DNA of 63,944 bases, filler included, from Octopus bimaculoides (taxonomy: Eukaryota), in the NCBI RefSeq assembly GCF_001194135.2. It is 8 parts of 8 records of this genome, joined end to end, with 100 filler letters (N's around TTAATTAATTAA, not from the genome) between each part and the next. Parts side by side here need not be neighbours in the genome. Positions count along the whole stretch, not along the records: positions 29,743 to 47,280 come from NC_068989.1; positions 47,381 to 54,264 come from NC_068997.1; 6 more parts are not named here. The stretch is one strand, 5' to 3'. The position numbers and the translations under genes were made by a program. Under the pieces are notes generated by a model. It was not told the origin of the DNA, did no database searches, and saw nothing but the letters and a program-made list of their open reading frames with translations. This document shows, one piece after another, positions 37,936 through 50,735 of this stretch (position 1 is its first letter; each line of letters opens with the position of its first letter).

Positions 37936-39073
37936 CTTCTAAGTAGTAAAAAAAACTTTTGAATTATTGCATATTCACTATTTGGGGATTTCGATCAGTG
38001 AGATTATTCTTGAAGCATTACTATTTTCTGAAGCACAAAAACTGATTTTTAGGGTTCATACGCTTTTCTTTACATATTTTTTGTTGTTTGTTTGTTTGTT
38101 TGTTTTTGTTTGTTTTTTTGTTTTTATTTGTTTTTTTGTTTTTTGTTTCTTTTTGGGCTGTTTTTTTTTTTTTTTTTTTGACAACTCTTGATTCCTTTTC
38201 TGCTCTTCTGTTTGTGTTTTTTTTTTTTTGTTTTTTGTAAAAGTTTTCTGTTCAACTGAGGTTTTTCGTTGCCCATGATCTGTTCATTTAAACAATTTGA
38301 GACCTTTGTTCGTTGACTTATCAGAACTGTTATATATCAGGAGTTCATGCTTTTGCGCAATTTATCTTCTCTATCAAGCAAAAATTTAATGCATACAGCT
38401 TGCGTTATTAGCATAAATTGCTTCAGTTTCATGTCAATGCTAGAGAGATTTTCGGACTGGTTCTGTTTGAAGATTTCTATTTTAATTGATTTCCAGTGAG
38501 CCTTGCGGATATGCAGGATGAATAAAGTGAGTTCTGCCTGTCAGGTATATAGCTACACTTTCCTTTGAACTGTACATTGTTAATTCTTTTATGTTATAAT
38601 CAGTGAAAATCGCAAACGTCACCTTCACTTTATGTATAATAAGTTGTTTTATATCTGAAGTAGATATATAATGTTAGTTGCTGCGGGTTGGTTAAAATAT
38701 TGTCCCCTGAACAATTCGCTGGTAAGGTCAAGTAAAAATTCTTCGAGCTTATGTGGTCTTTTTGACAGTATGTGGTCTTTTGTGCACTTGAGATTGGAGA
38801 AGCTGAGATCACCCAAGAGAACACACGTCCACATACGCGCACAAGAGCAAACACATCCCAAAACATAGATAGACTCAGACACATACTTACATACACAAAC
38901 ACACACTCACTTAAGCAGATATTCATGTTTGTACACAATTATAATATACATACATACAGGAACAGAACCAGATATATACGCATATACATATATGGAAAGC
39001 TGAGTAATGAGGAAACGCAAAAAGTTTAAAGATGTCGTTAAGGAAATATACTTCATAAGGTGAGAGAAGAAAA

Positions 39074-39117
<44 letters not shown>

Positions 39118-39253
39118 GAGTAATGGGCAAAATTGTATAGCTTACAGAAAATTATTATTAGGTAATGGGTAGATACTATTTGAAAAAACTGAAAGTATGT
39201 TTTTTTCCCAGTGTGTACACCTGTAAACTTACTCCGTAAACCTGTTTACCAGG

Positions 39254-40070
39254 TTATATTTGGAAAAGAGAATAAAAAAATTGCTCTTCCGTACAAAGAG
39301 GACAGAAAGATTTCCCTTTATCATAAGGAAAAGATCTCGATAAAATTTTCCATTCTAAAGAAAATAATATGTTAGAGTCTTTGAGATGCCAGATTAGTTT
39401 ACTAAGTCCAGTGGAGTTACACTTTCGATTGTATTTCAAGGTAGAGAAATGGTTAGCCAGTCTGGATTTCAGAAACGGAAAGGATAAACCTATAGTAAAA
39501 ACATATTTGTTACCAGAGGCAACCTTGCATTGGTATACGGTATTTTTAATTCGGCAGTTTCCATTTAGGACACATGTTTTATTGGGGCCACAATTGCAAA
39601 TGCTGGTTACATTGATGTTATTATTTAAGGAGAGATTATCGTTAATATTATTGTTAGTGTTAATAAGGTTATTAGAATTATGAGGAGAGAAATTGTAACC
39701 TCTTGGAATACGGCTGTTATGTGAAGATATAATCTGTGAGACGTCGTTGGTAACCTACTCTGATACGGTGTGTGTTGAAAATCGAGAGGTACGTTGAAAT
39801 AATAGAGAAGTTTCTTTCTATAGCTTGACGATATAAGAGGGAAAGGTTACTTTTTACTTGTTTACCGTATGGAATAATCAACCAAATATTTTTATTAGGG
39901 TTGTGCGATACTTTGCGAGATTTATTATTTAAAAAATCTAGTGTTATTACTTTAGCGGAAAAAGGAAGAGAAATCACAGTTACTTCCCTTCGTTTATTTT
40001 TAGGATTACGGGGGTAAGGAAAATGGTTATTTTGACGAAATTGGGTATTATTTGGATTATTGAGCACGAT
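39254..40070 (-). mobile_element. Penelope-like element 3' part (linker + GIY-YIG endonuclease)
   Basis: IWLIIPYGKQVKSN, CNCGPNKTCVLNGNC..NTVYQCKV..TIG, NSTGLSKLIWHLKD..WKIL..CPLCTEE. Confidence 0.85.
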
Positions 40071-40256
40071 AAGTATTCTTGTTGTTATTGTATCTATTAC
40101 TGTTATTATTGTTACTACTACTGTTATTGTTATTAGTATAGTTGGGGGCCAAGGTGGTTATAATATTTAATTTGTTCCTTATATCCTACTTTATGTAAAG
40201 CTGGGTTATAAAAGTCAGCGTTGTTATTGAAAACGGTTTCGTTGGCGGTTAATTTA

Positions 40257-40357
40257 TATATACTAGTATATAATATATACTAGTATATAATATATACTAG
40301 TATATAATATATAGTAGTATATAATATATACTAGTATATAATATATACTAGTATATA
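40257..40357. repeat. Tandem array of a palindrome: six 17-bp units TATATACTAGTATATA+A
   Basis: CTAG centres at 40263, 40280, 40297, 40314 (GTAG variant), 40331 and 40348. Confidence 0.95.
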
Positions 40358-40674
40358 ATGCAAGAAATTTAATACAAGCTGGAATTTTGAGGAGATTGTA
40401 GCATTATGCACGAGTGTGAAAATAATACGAGAGGATAAAACGTTTTATTAATTTCAATTAAAAAAATCTGGGGTATCATAATATTCAAGACCTCCTTGTA
40501 CCCAAGTAAATCCAGAATACATTTGCATGTGTTTGTATTTGTGTGTTTGCGTACGTATATGCTAATATATGAATATAAATACCCGTGTAGTTATCCTTAT
40601 AGGGATATATATGTATACATGTACACACACACATGCACATATACACACACACACGTATATATATTGGACTCCTA

Positions 40675-40719
<45 letters not shown>

Positions 40720-41244
40720 NNNNNNNNNNNNNNNNNNNNNNNNNNNNNNNNNNNNNNNNNNNNNNNNNNNNNNNNNNNNNNNNNNNNNNNNNNNNNNNNN
40801 NNNNNNNNNNNNNNNNNNNNNNNNNNNNNNNNNNNNNNNNNNNNNNNNNNNNNNNNNNNNNNNNNNNNNNNNNNNNNNNNNNNNNNNNNNNNNNNNNNNN
40901 NNNNNNNNNNNNNNNNNNNNNNNNNNNNNNNNNNNNNNNNNNNNNNNNNNNNNNNNNNNNNNNNNNNNNNNNNNNNNNNNNNNNNNNNNNNNNNNNNNNN
41001 NNNNNNNNNNNNNNNNNNNNNNNNNNNNNNNNNNNNNNNNNNNNNNNNNNNNNNNNNNNNNNNNNNNNNNNNNNNNNNNNNNNNNNNNNNNNNNNNNNNN
41101 NNNNNNNNNNNNNNNNNNNNNNNNNNNNNNNNNNNNNNNNNNNNNNNNNNNNNNNNNNNNNNNNNNNNNNNNNNNTATGTATGTATGTATGTATGTAAAT
41201 ATATAAGCACACATGCACACACATTAGAAAGGATTTTGTGTATG

Positions 41245-41302
<58 letters not shown>

Positions 41303-41504
41303 TATGTATGTATGTATGTATGTAAATATATAAGCACACATGCACACACATTAGAAGGGAGGGTCTATGTGTGTTCGCAAGGGCTATGCATTATGTAAAT
41401 GTTATTTCCGTTATGCTTGTCTTCTCGTTCATAGTTGTAGGCAATACTGCTACCATTGTTAATTGTTATTGGAACGATTATTGTTTACACTTGCTGTTAC
41501 GCCA

Positions 41505-41545
41505 CTGTTCTGCACGCCGCCATCACTTTGGTGACGTCACCAGCC
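41505..41545. promoter_or_regulatory. Possible regulatory site: 14-bp palindrome TGGTGACGTCACCA (CRE core) beside GCCGCCAT
   Basis: Palindrome at 41529-41542 in a CpG-rich unique patch; motif evidence only. Confidence 0.25.
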
Positions 41546-42277
41546 TCGCTTTCGTTAGCTGTATATGACACTGAAATGCCTTACTTCCATCTTTAAATCT
41601 ATATATTTTCATCTCCTTTCTGTTATCGTATTCTCCCCTACTTTTTTTCCCTTTTTTATTTTGCACTATTTTTTCTCTTTCTTCTTATCTCTATTTATCA
41701 ATTTATCTATGCATCAATCTATCTGTTTTTCTCTCTATTTATCCATTTATCTTTGTGTACACAATTCACTGCACAGCTGTTAAAAATATGTGTCTGTAGA
41801 TCGCGTTGTGTAGTTTAAGATTGCCAATGACAGTACAAGCCTTTCTGGCATGGAGAAAAAGTGATTTGATAGCGATGATTTTTTTTTTCAATTTTTATCT
41901 ATTCGTGTTTCAGTCATTGGACGCCTACCATTCTGGAGCACTGCTTTGAAGGGTTTAGTCAAACAGAAAGAACCCAGTATTTATTTTTCGAAGTCTGGTA
42001 TTTATTTTATCGATCACTTTCACCGGGCCGCTAATTCGCAGAAACATAAACAAACTGTCCGCCACCTTTTGACAACACCAGTTGTCAAGCGGTGACGGAC
42101 AGACGCGAATGTAAGACAAACACACAGGCACACACCCACAAAGCATAAATACACACACAAACACACACATACACATATACATACACACACATACACACAT
42201 GCACAGAAACACATACGCGCACACACATATACACGCACACACATACACACACGCATACACATATATATAGTGTAATC

Positions 42278-42652
42278 AGGCGCAGGAGTGATTGTGTGGT
42301 AAGTAGCTTACTTATCAACCACATGGTTCCGGGTTCATTTCCACTGTGGCACCTTGGGCAGGTGTCTTCTACTATAGCCTCGGGCCGACCAAAGCCTTGT
42401 GAGTGGATTTGGTAGACGGAAACTGAAAGAAGCCTGTCGTATGTATGTATGTGTGTATGTGTGTGTCTGTGTGTTTGTGTGTGTGTGGCGTGTTCCCCCA
42501 ACATCGCTTGACAACCGATGGTGGTGTGTTTACTTCCCCGTAACTTAGTGGTTCGGCAAAAGAGAACGATAGAATAAGTACTAGGCTTACAAAGAATAAG
42601 TCCTGGGGGTCGATTTGCTCGACTAAAGGCGGTGTTCCAGCATGGCCGCAGT
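42278..42652 (+). mobile_element. SINE family A, near full length
   Basis: Collinear with 7722-8138. Confidence 0.9.
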
Positions 42653-42654
42653 GA

Positions 42655-43500
42655 TGGTAATGCTGCTGCTGTTGCTGGTGACAATGGGGATGATGATGAT
42701 GATGATGGTGATGACTACGATGCTGAAGGTGATGCTGGTGTTGTTGTTGTTGGTTGTGGCGCTAGAGCTGCTGCTGCTGATGATGATGATGATGCTGGTG
42801 GTGCTAGTGATGTTGATGATGATGATGATGATGATGACGATGACGATGATGGTTGCTGTTGGAGCTATCGAACGCACCAGAACTGACGTCGTTTCTAATA
42901 AACGCAAAGAACAAAGAAACAGTTTTCGATGTGTGAAGAGAGAGTTGTTGGATCGTTGCAGATCTAAAGTAAACGGGTGGAAGTTACGGGTGTATAATTA
43001 GCATAACGACAGACGGGTGTCGTTGTTCATATTATCGCATAATCGTGATCACAGCTTAGAGGGAGGAGCTCATCAATATGGGCTCAGTTTTATTGTTGCT
43101 TGTTTTCTGGTTGTTTTACTGTTGTTGTTGTTGTTGTTGTTTTATTGTATTATTGTTTTGTTGTTTTCATGATGTTTTTGCCGTTGTTGTTGTTGTTGTT
43201 GTTGTTTTTCTTGTTGCTGAATTTAATGAAATGACGATGGCGATGATGCTGATGACGGTGGTGGCGGCGGCGGTGGTGGTGGTATCCACTACTACGACAC
43301 CGATGACGATGATGATGACGATGGTGATGACGACGACGACAACGGCGATGATGCTGATGATTATGATGACTATGATGGTGATGGTAATGATTATGATGAT
43401 GACGATGATGATGATGACAACGACGACGACGACGACGACGATGATGATGATGATGATAACGACCACGACCACGACGATGATGATGATGATGATGATGAAG
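42655..43500. repeat. Compound (GAT)/(GCT)/(GTT)/(GAC)n low-complexity tracts
   Basis: Direct reading; source of the poly-D/M/H ORFs in the track. Confidence 0.9.
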
Positions 43501-43844
43501 CTGCCCGTCGTAGTAGATCTGGCAATTGGGATTACGATCGTGAGCCGAACAGCCTAACGAGTTAGCCACACCGCTTCACACAACAACAACAACAACAGCA
43601 ACAACAGGTTTTGCATTCTTTAAACGTTTGCAATCAACAGCAATTAGCGGTTAGTACGACGCACATTGAGAAGCAGGAAATGGAAAGTGGGGTTACCACT
43701 TACAGAAGACATTTCTGCGCCAACCAAGCGAAAGATGATCCCCAAGTAAAGATCCGGGACCTAAGATGAATCAGACATTTTTTCATATCAAATGTAACAA
43801 CAATTTCAATAAAGAAAGACAGAATAATGATAATAATAATAATA

Positions 43845-43995
43845 ACATCGAAAAATACCTTAGGAATGAGAACCCAGGTTCGAAATTTCCCCCAAAGGCA
43901 CCTGATGAAGGCTGGCGGGTGTATCAGCCGAAACGTGTTACCAACAAACAAGATGAGGACAAATATCCGTCAAATGTAAATAATGTAAACAATGT
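43845..43995 (+). mobile_element. Penelope-type terminal repeat with hammerhead-like motif (43897-43939)
   Basis: GGCAC-CTGATGA-A-GGCTG-N10-CAGCC-GAAAC-GTGTT, ending in AATGTAAAT-like tail repeats. Confidence 0.6.
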
Positions 43996-44264
43996 AAAGA
44001 AAAATAGATTGTACAATCGCATTTGAGATTCTTGTTACTTTGCATGGACAAGAAAGGTTATTGGAAGCACACACAAACAAACGTGTGTTTATAGAGAGAT
44101 AGGGAGAGAGAGACAGAGAGACAGAGACAGAGAGACAGACAGAGAGGCAGACAGACAGACAGACAGACAGACAGAGAGAGACAGAGAGAGACAGACAGAG
44201 AGAGACAGACAGACAGAGAGAGACAGAGAGACAGAGAGACAGACAGACAGAGAGAGAGAGAGAC

Positions 44265-44295
<31 letters not shown>

Positions 44296-44522
44296 CAGAC
44301 AGACAGAGACAGAGAGACAGACAGACAGAGAGAGAGACAGNNNNNNNNNNNNNNNNNNNNNNNNNNNNNNNNNNNNNNNNNNNNNNNNNNNNNNNNNNNN
44401 NNNNNNNNNNNNNNNNNNNNNNNNNNNNNNNNNNNNNNNNNNNNNNNNNNNNNNNNNNNNNNNNNNNNNNNNNNNNNNNNNNNNNNNNNNNNNNNNNNNN
44501 NNNNNNNNNNNNNNNNNNNNNN

Positions 44523-44559
<37 letters not shown>

Positions 44560-44582
44560 GTTTGTGTGGTGTGTGTGTATGC

Positions 44583-44840
44583 GAAGGCGGCGTGGTTTAG
44601 TAGTTAGGGTTATCGGCTCCAGGTCGTAAGGTCCTAAATACGATTCCTGGCGACGCGTTGTGTCCTTTAGCAAGATACTTTAGTTCACGTTGCTTGAGTC
44701 TACTTAGCTGAGAACCACGTTAAAGGTACACGTGTTTGGCGATTGCCAAGACATTTGCACGTTGATTTCACGAGCAAGCTGTTTCATTGATCGAATCAGT
44801 TGCAAGGAACCCTATTCGTCGTAACCGACGGAATACCAGT
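44583..44840 (+). mobile_element. Chimeric SINE: family D head + family C tail
   Basis: 5' part matches 32337 and 37213; from GAGAACCACGTTAA onward it matches 45630-45765. Confidence 0.75.
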
Positions 44841-45379
44841 GTGTGCATGTAAGCGTATGCATCACTAGTAAATATCTGTGATATTAGCACACTAATACAT
44901 GATCTTTATGATTATATCCCATCCTCCGTAGGGTGAGAGGCTAGATGGAAAGCCTACGAGGCGGTCTTCCCCGAGAGATGCTTTTATTCGGGGTTACTTC
45001 GGGGTTCTCTGTACAAACGTGAATAGGCTATATTGAAATTAGCATCCATTTTAGCATCGGGACATTACGCACGGATTTCGATAAGAGAGAATCACTGCAA
45101 TACATCGTATGTTTTGTGGAGTTGCGAGGAAGTGACAGTAATTCAAGGGCTGCTCCGATCGCTATGCCACAACCCGTTCTTCAATGGCGTGCCAGTGAAC
45201 CATCTTGGATGACACTGCGTTCTGCTCTCAGGTCTATTTTTTCCGAAGTTACCGTGGGGTTTTTTCCGTAGGTTTTTCTTTCCATGGATAACCCTAGTCA
45301 GTGTAATATTTTCTCCCCATTTTGGGAATTCCTGCTGTTAAAACGTTACCTTGTTATCTCTTCGTGTACCACATCCCAG

Positions 45380-45775
45380 TGGAGGCGCAATGGCTCAGTG
45401 GTTAGGCAGCGGACTTGCGGTCATAGGATCGCAGTTTCGATTCCCTGACCAGGCGTTGTGAGTGTTTATTGAACGAAAACACCTAAAGCTCCACGAGGCT
45501 CCGGCAGGGGATGGTGGCGAACCCTGCTGTACTCTTCCACCACAACTTTCGCTGACTCTTACTTTCTGTTTCTGTTGTGCCTGTAATTCAAAGGGTCAGC
45601 CTTGTCACACTGTGTCACGCTGAATATCCCCGAGAACTATGTTAAGTGTACACGTGTCTGTGGAGTGCTCAGCCACTTGCACGTTAATTTCAGAAGCAGG
45701 CTGTTCCGTTGATCGGATCAACTGGAACCCTCGACGTCGTAAGCGACGGAGTGTCAACAACAACACAACAACAAC
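45380..45775 (+). mobile_element. SINE family C (tRNA head, (CAA)n tail)
   Basis: GGCGCAATGGCTCAGTGGTTAGG..GTTTCGATTCCC A/B boxes; ends in ACAACAAC repeats. Confidence 0.8.
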
Positions 45776-46400
45776 AACAACCACATCCCAAAACGTTTTC
45801 GATTGCTATCGATCAGTTTTGAAAAGAAAAATTCTACATTGTACTGTCCCCTCTGTGTTCGGCCCAGCGTGACCTAATAAAGAAATCTATGTTGCTCAAA
45901 CAAATTCTCTGTATTACTCTACCCAACACAAGATTACTTATTAGATGCGACCTTTAACGGGAGACGTAAGGAAACAGATCAGACAGCGGAGTTTAAGGAA
46001 CAATGCGGTGGGGAACGATACGGTTTCGTTTATTTAAAAATCATTGGTAATAAGTGAGTGAAAGAATAAAGAGCTAGACCAGGAAATCACTAGACATATG
46101 ACAGCCTTAATTACCCGAGAGAATTAGATAAGCATCGCTAAGTTGTATATTGAAGAAACTCAAACTCTCAATAGTTTGACATGCAGTCTGATAACTATCG
46201 CTCTAAAGGGTTAGAATAGTTGAGTCGGGTTTCGGGTTTCATTATTCTGCCCCACAAATACACAAACACGCATGCATTATGTGTAAATGAATATGAATAA
46301 ACCGCGTGCATATGTATGTATGTTTGTATGTATGTGTATATGTGTGTGTGCGTGTGTGTATCTGTATATATCTATATACATATTCATATACATAAGCATA

Positions 46401-46437
<37 letters not shown>

Positions 46438-46509
46438 TAGTGCGTTTGTATGCGTGTTTGCAATGCATGTGCTTGCCCTATGTGTGTGTGTGTATATATN
46501 NNNNNNNNN

Positions 46510-46553
<44 letters not shown>

Positions 46554-47238
46554 GGATATATATAGGTATATATTTATATGCAAATATATATGTATATATA
46601 TATACACACATAAACATGCGTAAATATATACATATGCCTATCTATGTATATGCACACACGCACACTAATAAGCACATAGGTGTATAAACACACACACTCT
46701 CACACATATATACAAATGTGTGTATATATATATAATATACACATACAATACATATATACAGATAGATATAGATATAGATATTTGTCGGTTACAGAAGGAA
46801 AATCTTGCCCGTTTAGTGCGCGTTTTAGGTGTAACTTAACGCTGGTTTTGCAGTCAGCAATTTTGAATAGGTTCTCAAATAAACACGTTAAATAGCTTCA
46901 TACCAAACTGAAAGCTGAGGTCCTTTGATAAGCGAGGCCTTCATACCTCGCCAAATTGAGTAACACAATGCTAGATAGATAAGACGAAAATAGGGTCGTT
47001 GCTAAATGAGGGTTATGGAAACGGCGCAGCAGACAGGAAAGAAACAATGAACAGAAAAATGAACAATACGAGTTTACTAATATAGTAAGCCAATATAGAC
47101 AGTCTATTAAATGCAAAAACAACTTCCGTTGAGCAACTGTCAAAACACGTGGTATGCGGCAGCATTAGCAGTATAGACATACATACATACATACATACAT
47201 ACATACATACATACATACATACATACGTATATGTGTGC

Positions 47239-47280
<42 letters not shown>

Positions 47281-47469
47281 NNNNNNNNNNNNNNNNNNNN
47301 NNNNNNNNNNNNNNNNNNNNNNNNTTAATTAATTAANNNNNNNNNNNNNNNNNNNNNNNNNNNNNNNNNNNNNNNNNNNNATGAAAATAACACTGACATG
47401 TCATTTTAACAGATATATTTACCAAAATTACATTGAAATATCTTGAAATACTAAAGAGTAAATATACTT

Positions 47470-47975
47470 AATAAAATTGCCATTGGCTTCAACCATGGCC
47501 TTCAGACCACTTCGGGATGTCCTGCAACTCTTTTGGACAGTCTCCTTGTTTAAGTTGGTGAATGCTGCCATAATCCTTGCCTTCAGTTCATCTTTGCTGT
47601 TACAAGGAGTTTTGTTGGTCTCTCACTCAACTGCGCCCACACATAATAATCAAGAGGGTAAATCTTGCCAGATCAGATTGGAGCCTGGTGCAGCCTCCTG
47701 GCTTGCCAGTCCTCAGTCAGACCGTTCAACCCATGCCAGCATGGAAAGTGGATGTTAAGTGATGATGATGATGATGTTTCAATCTGGGGAGTTAAGTGAC
47801 CAGATGTTAGGGGTGTTGTGATTGTCTGAGCCATGTTTGGATTCTCCTGCTTGTGTGGCATGGTGCAGAGTCCTGTTGCCAGACATAAGGTCTTCTAGCA
47901 GCCACCCTCTTGACTCAGGGCAACACTCCCTCCTCCAGGCACTTGATGTAGGTCTTTCTGTTGAGACTGGAAAGA
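47470..47975 (-). mobile_element. Tc1/mariner (maT-like, DD37D-type) transposase C-terminal remnant, split by a retroposon at 47662-47778
   Basis: YIKCLEEGVLP*VKRVAARRPYVWQQDSAPCHTS..IWSLNSPD | PLDYYVW..ETNKTPCNSKDELKARIMAAF..MVEANGNF. Confidence 0.85.
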
Positions 47976-48108
47976 TGGATGTAGGTATAAGGAGTTCTTT
48001 TCTTATCAGAATGATCAGAGTGTGTTTTCTGAGCTGCCATACCTTCGTAATCACCATTAGTCTCATTCAACTCTTTCTGAATCCTCTGCAGTCCTCAGAT
48101 TGACACTC

Positions 48109-48221
48109 AAACACTCTATTGAATTTCAGATCTGAAATTTTTAGCAAATGCAAACATATGGACAAATTTCTTTTGAAGAATTAAAGGGCACCACTCTCTC
48201 TGGATTGAGTAGCTATTTCAC
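48109..48221 (+). mobile_element. Penelope-like 3' fragment
   Basis: NTLLNFRSEIFSKCKHMDKFLLKN*; ungapped homolog of 52360-52472 (-). Confidence 0.75.
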
Positions 48222-49528
48222 AGACTTTGGGCCTCTCTCTGTTGACTTATTCCGTAACTAGCTTAATTATATTACAGTTCAAGGGAACGTAACTCTAATT
48301 TTCTTCTTTTCTTTTTCCATTTTTATTCACCTTTCCACTTTTTGTATCTACCTTGCTCTCATTTTCTCTCAACATTTCTTGTGTATCAGCATCCAGTTTT
48401 GTAATTTGAATAGACCATGTGCTCTCTGAGCCTGAATATTGCTTGGAGACAAGGCAAGTTCTGAAACAATCAACTTAGACCTGTATTTCTATTGCAAGCA
48501 ACTCTTAGTAGCTCACATCTATATACTGTATACATTAAATGATATATATATATATATATCCTTGGCTTACTTTCCATGTTGGAATGGGTTGGATAGTTTA
48601 AAAGGAACTGATGAGCAAGAGGACTGCACTGAGCTCCAGTGTCTGCTTTGGCATGGTTTCTATGGCTGGATGCCTTTCCTAACACCCAACCGTTTTACAG
48701 GGTGTACTGGGTACTTTCACTGTAGCACCAACACTAGTGAGCCCACCAAATAACTTGCAAGACAAGACTCCCTCATACATATGTAATATATAACATATTA
48801 CTTTTCTTCACAGCATAATCATTGCTAATCCATTTTGTTAATGCTCATTGCATTAAATATTAGTTTCAAATTTTGGCACAAGGCCAGCAAGTTCGAAGGA
48901 GGGGTTAAGTTGATTACATTGACTCCATTGCTCCACTGGTACTTACTTTATCAATACCAAAAGGATGATAAGCGAATTTGATCTCAACAGAATTTGAACT
49001 CCAATTCATTAAATATTGCTAAAAGTAAAATAACAGTAGATGGCTGCTTTGAAAAATCGCTATATGGTAGTAGAGGGGAGATAATTCTGACAATTGTTTA
49101 TTTGCTATCGTTTTTGTATTTGGTTTACAAGATTCTTTATGTGAATTTGTGTTGAAACGAATTTTGTTTTGTCTAGGGAGAGTCATTATGTCAATAATAA
49201 TAACGCATGCACTGGTTCAATTCTACTCCTTTATTACTATTCAGTTCTTTAAATATCTATTCCACTAACTAACTGATCGTTTAGCTTGTTAGTTAAACAG
49301 TCAATCACTTGTTTTTTTTTTTGTTTGTCAAAGTTCATTCCTTGCCTATCACAAACCTTTTCAGTGACTTCTCTCCCATTTCATTACAGAGGCTATGTTT
49401 GCCTATCTGAGCCCTTGTTACTTATGTGTGTAGAATGTAGTTGGTGTGTGTGTATTCTTGCATCCATATGTGTGCATGCTTGTGTGTGCTTATGTATGTA
49501 TGTATGTATGTATGTACGTATGTACATA

Positions 49529-50735
49529 CAAAGGCGTACCCAAAAATAACTGGAAACATTCTCTGTGGGAAAAGTCCATTATAGTTCAGGCTTCTGCTGC
49601 TAGAAGCCACTTGAAACAACCCTCAAGTATCAATTTTTTGACTGGTGGCATCAAGTGAAGTTGTACTGCTACGTGGTGTGTCTTTGTTTTGCAGAGCTTC
49701 TCCCCTGTTTGCCGATTTTTGCGATGGCTGAAATGAAGGAACAGTGTGCATTTGTGAAATTGTTTTTTACTGGGAAAAATGGCAATCAAATCAGTTGTCA
49801 TGCTTCAAGTGACTTACAAGGTTGCTGCCTTGAGCAAAACACAAGTGGTTTTCACACTTTAGGAATGCTTCCTTGTTGCTTGAAGACTAACCTCATACAG
49901 GGCGATTGTCAACCTCCTGAATGAATGAAAACATCATGGAAATTTGTGAAATGATCTTGGAGGACTGTTGCCAAACAACAGAACTTGATATGACTGGTGT
50001 GTCATGGAGCTCCTGCCAATGAATTTTGAATGAAGAATTGCGAATGAAAAGGGTTGCAGCAAAATCTGTACCTTGCTTACTCAAATGATGAAAAGCAGTC
50101 ACGACTGAGTGTGTGTCGTGAACAGAAAAAAAACAGTTGGAAGTTGATCTGGACCTTTTTTCAAAGGTCATCACTGGTGACAAAAGCTGTTACTATGGCT
50201 ACAACCAGAAATGAAGCAGCAATCAAGTCAATGGAAGCATTCAATGTCACCACATCACAAAAAAAACACATCAAGTGAAGTCCAATGTCAAGATGGTGTG
50301 AGATGTGGTGAGATGAAAACACCCCAACCTGTGGCAAAGTGGGGAGTGGTAGTTTCATCATGACAATGTGCCTGTGCACATCACCTTGAGTGTGAGACAG
50401 TTTTCGACCCAAAATGGCATGACCCTATTTACCCACCCTCCCTATTCACCTGATCTTGTTCCCTGCAACTGTTTTTTTTGTTCCCTTGAATGAAAAAAAT
50501 CCTAAAAGGAAAATGTTTTGCAGATGTGTAAGAGGTGAAGAATAAAAACAACAGAGGTGTTAAAAGGTATCACTTGGCAAGAGTTCCAGGACTGCTTCGA
50601 ACAGTGGAAAACGCACCTGGACCGATGCATTGCTTCAAATGGAGAATACTTTGAAGGCGATGAAAGTGTAAACATGTAAAATTAAGTGAATCAAATAATA
50701 TTGCAACATTCCAGTTTCTTTTGGGTATTCCCTCA
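49529..50735 (+). mobile_element. Full-length dead mariner (DD34D type), 1207 bp
   Basis: About 28-bp imperfect TIRs, TA on both sides; MAEMKEQ, ITGD, HHDN and HPPYSPDL motifs across frameshifts, stops and an internal deletion. Confidence 0.92.

Noticed and set aside
42632-43569. Acidic, poly-His or poly-Met proteins (biomineralisation-like)
   Set aside because: Compound trinucleotide repeats open in several frames on both strands, with no credible start or splice context.
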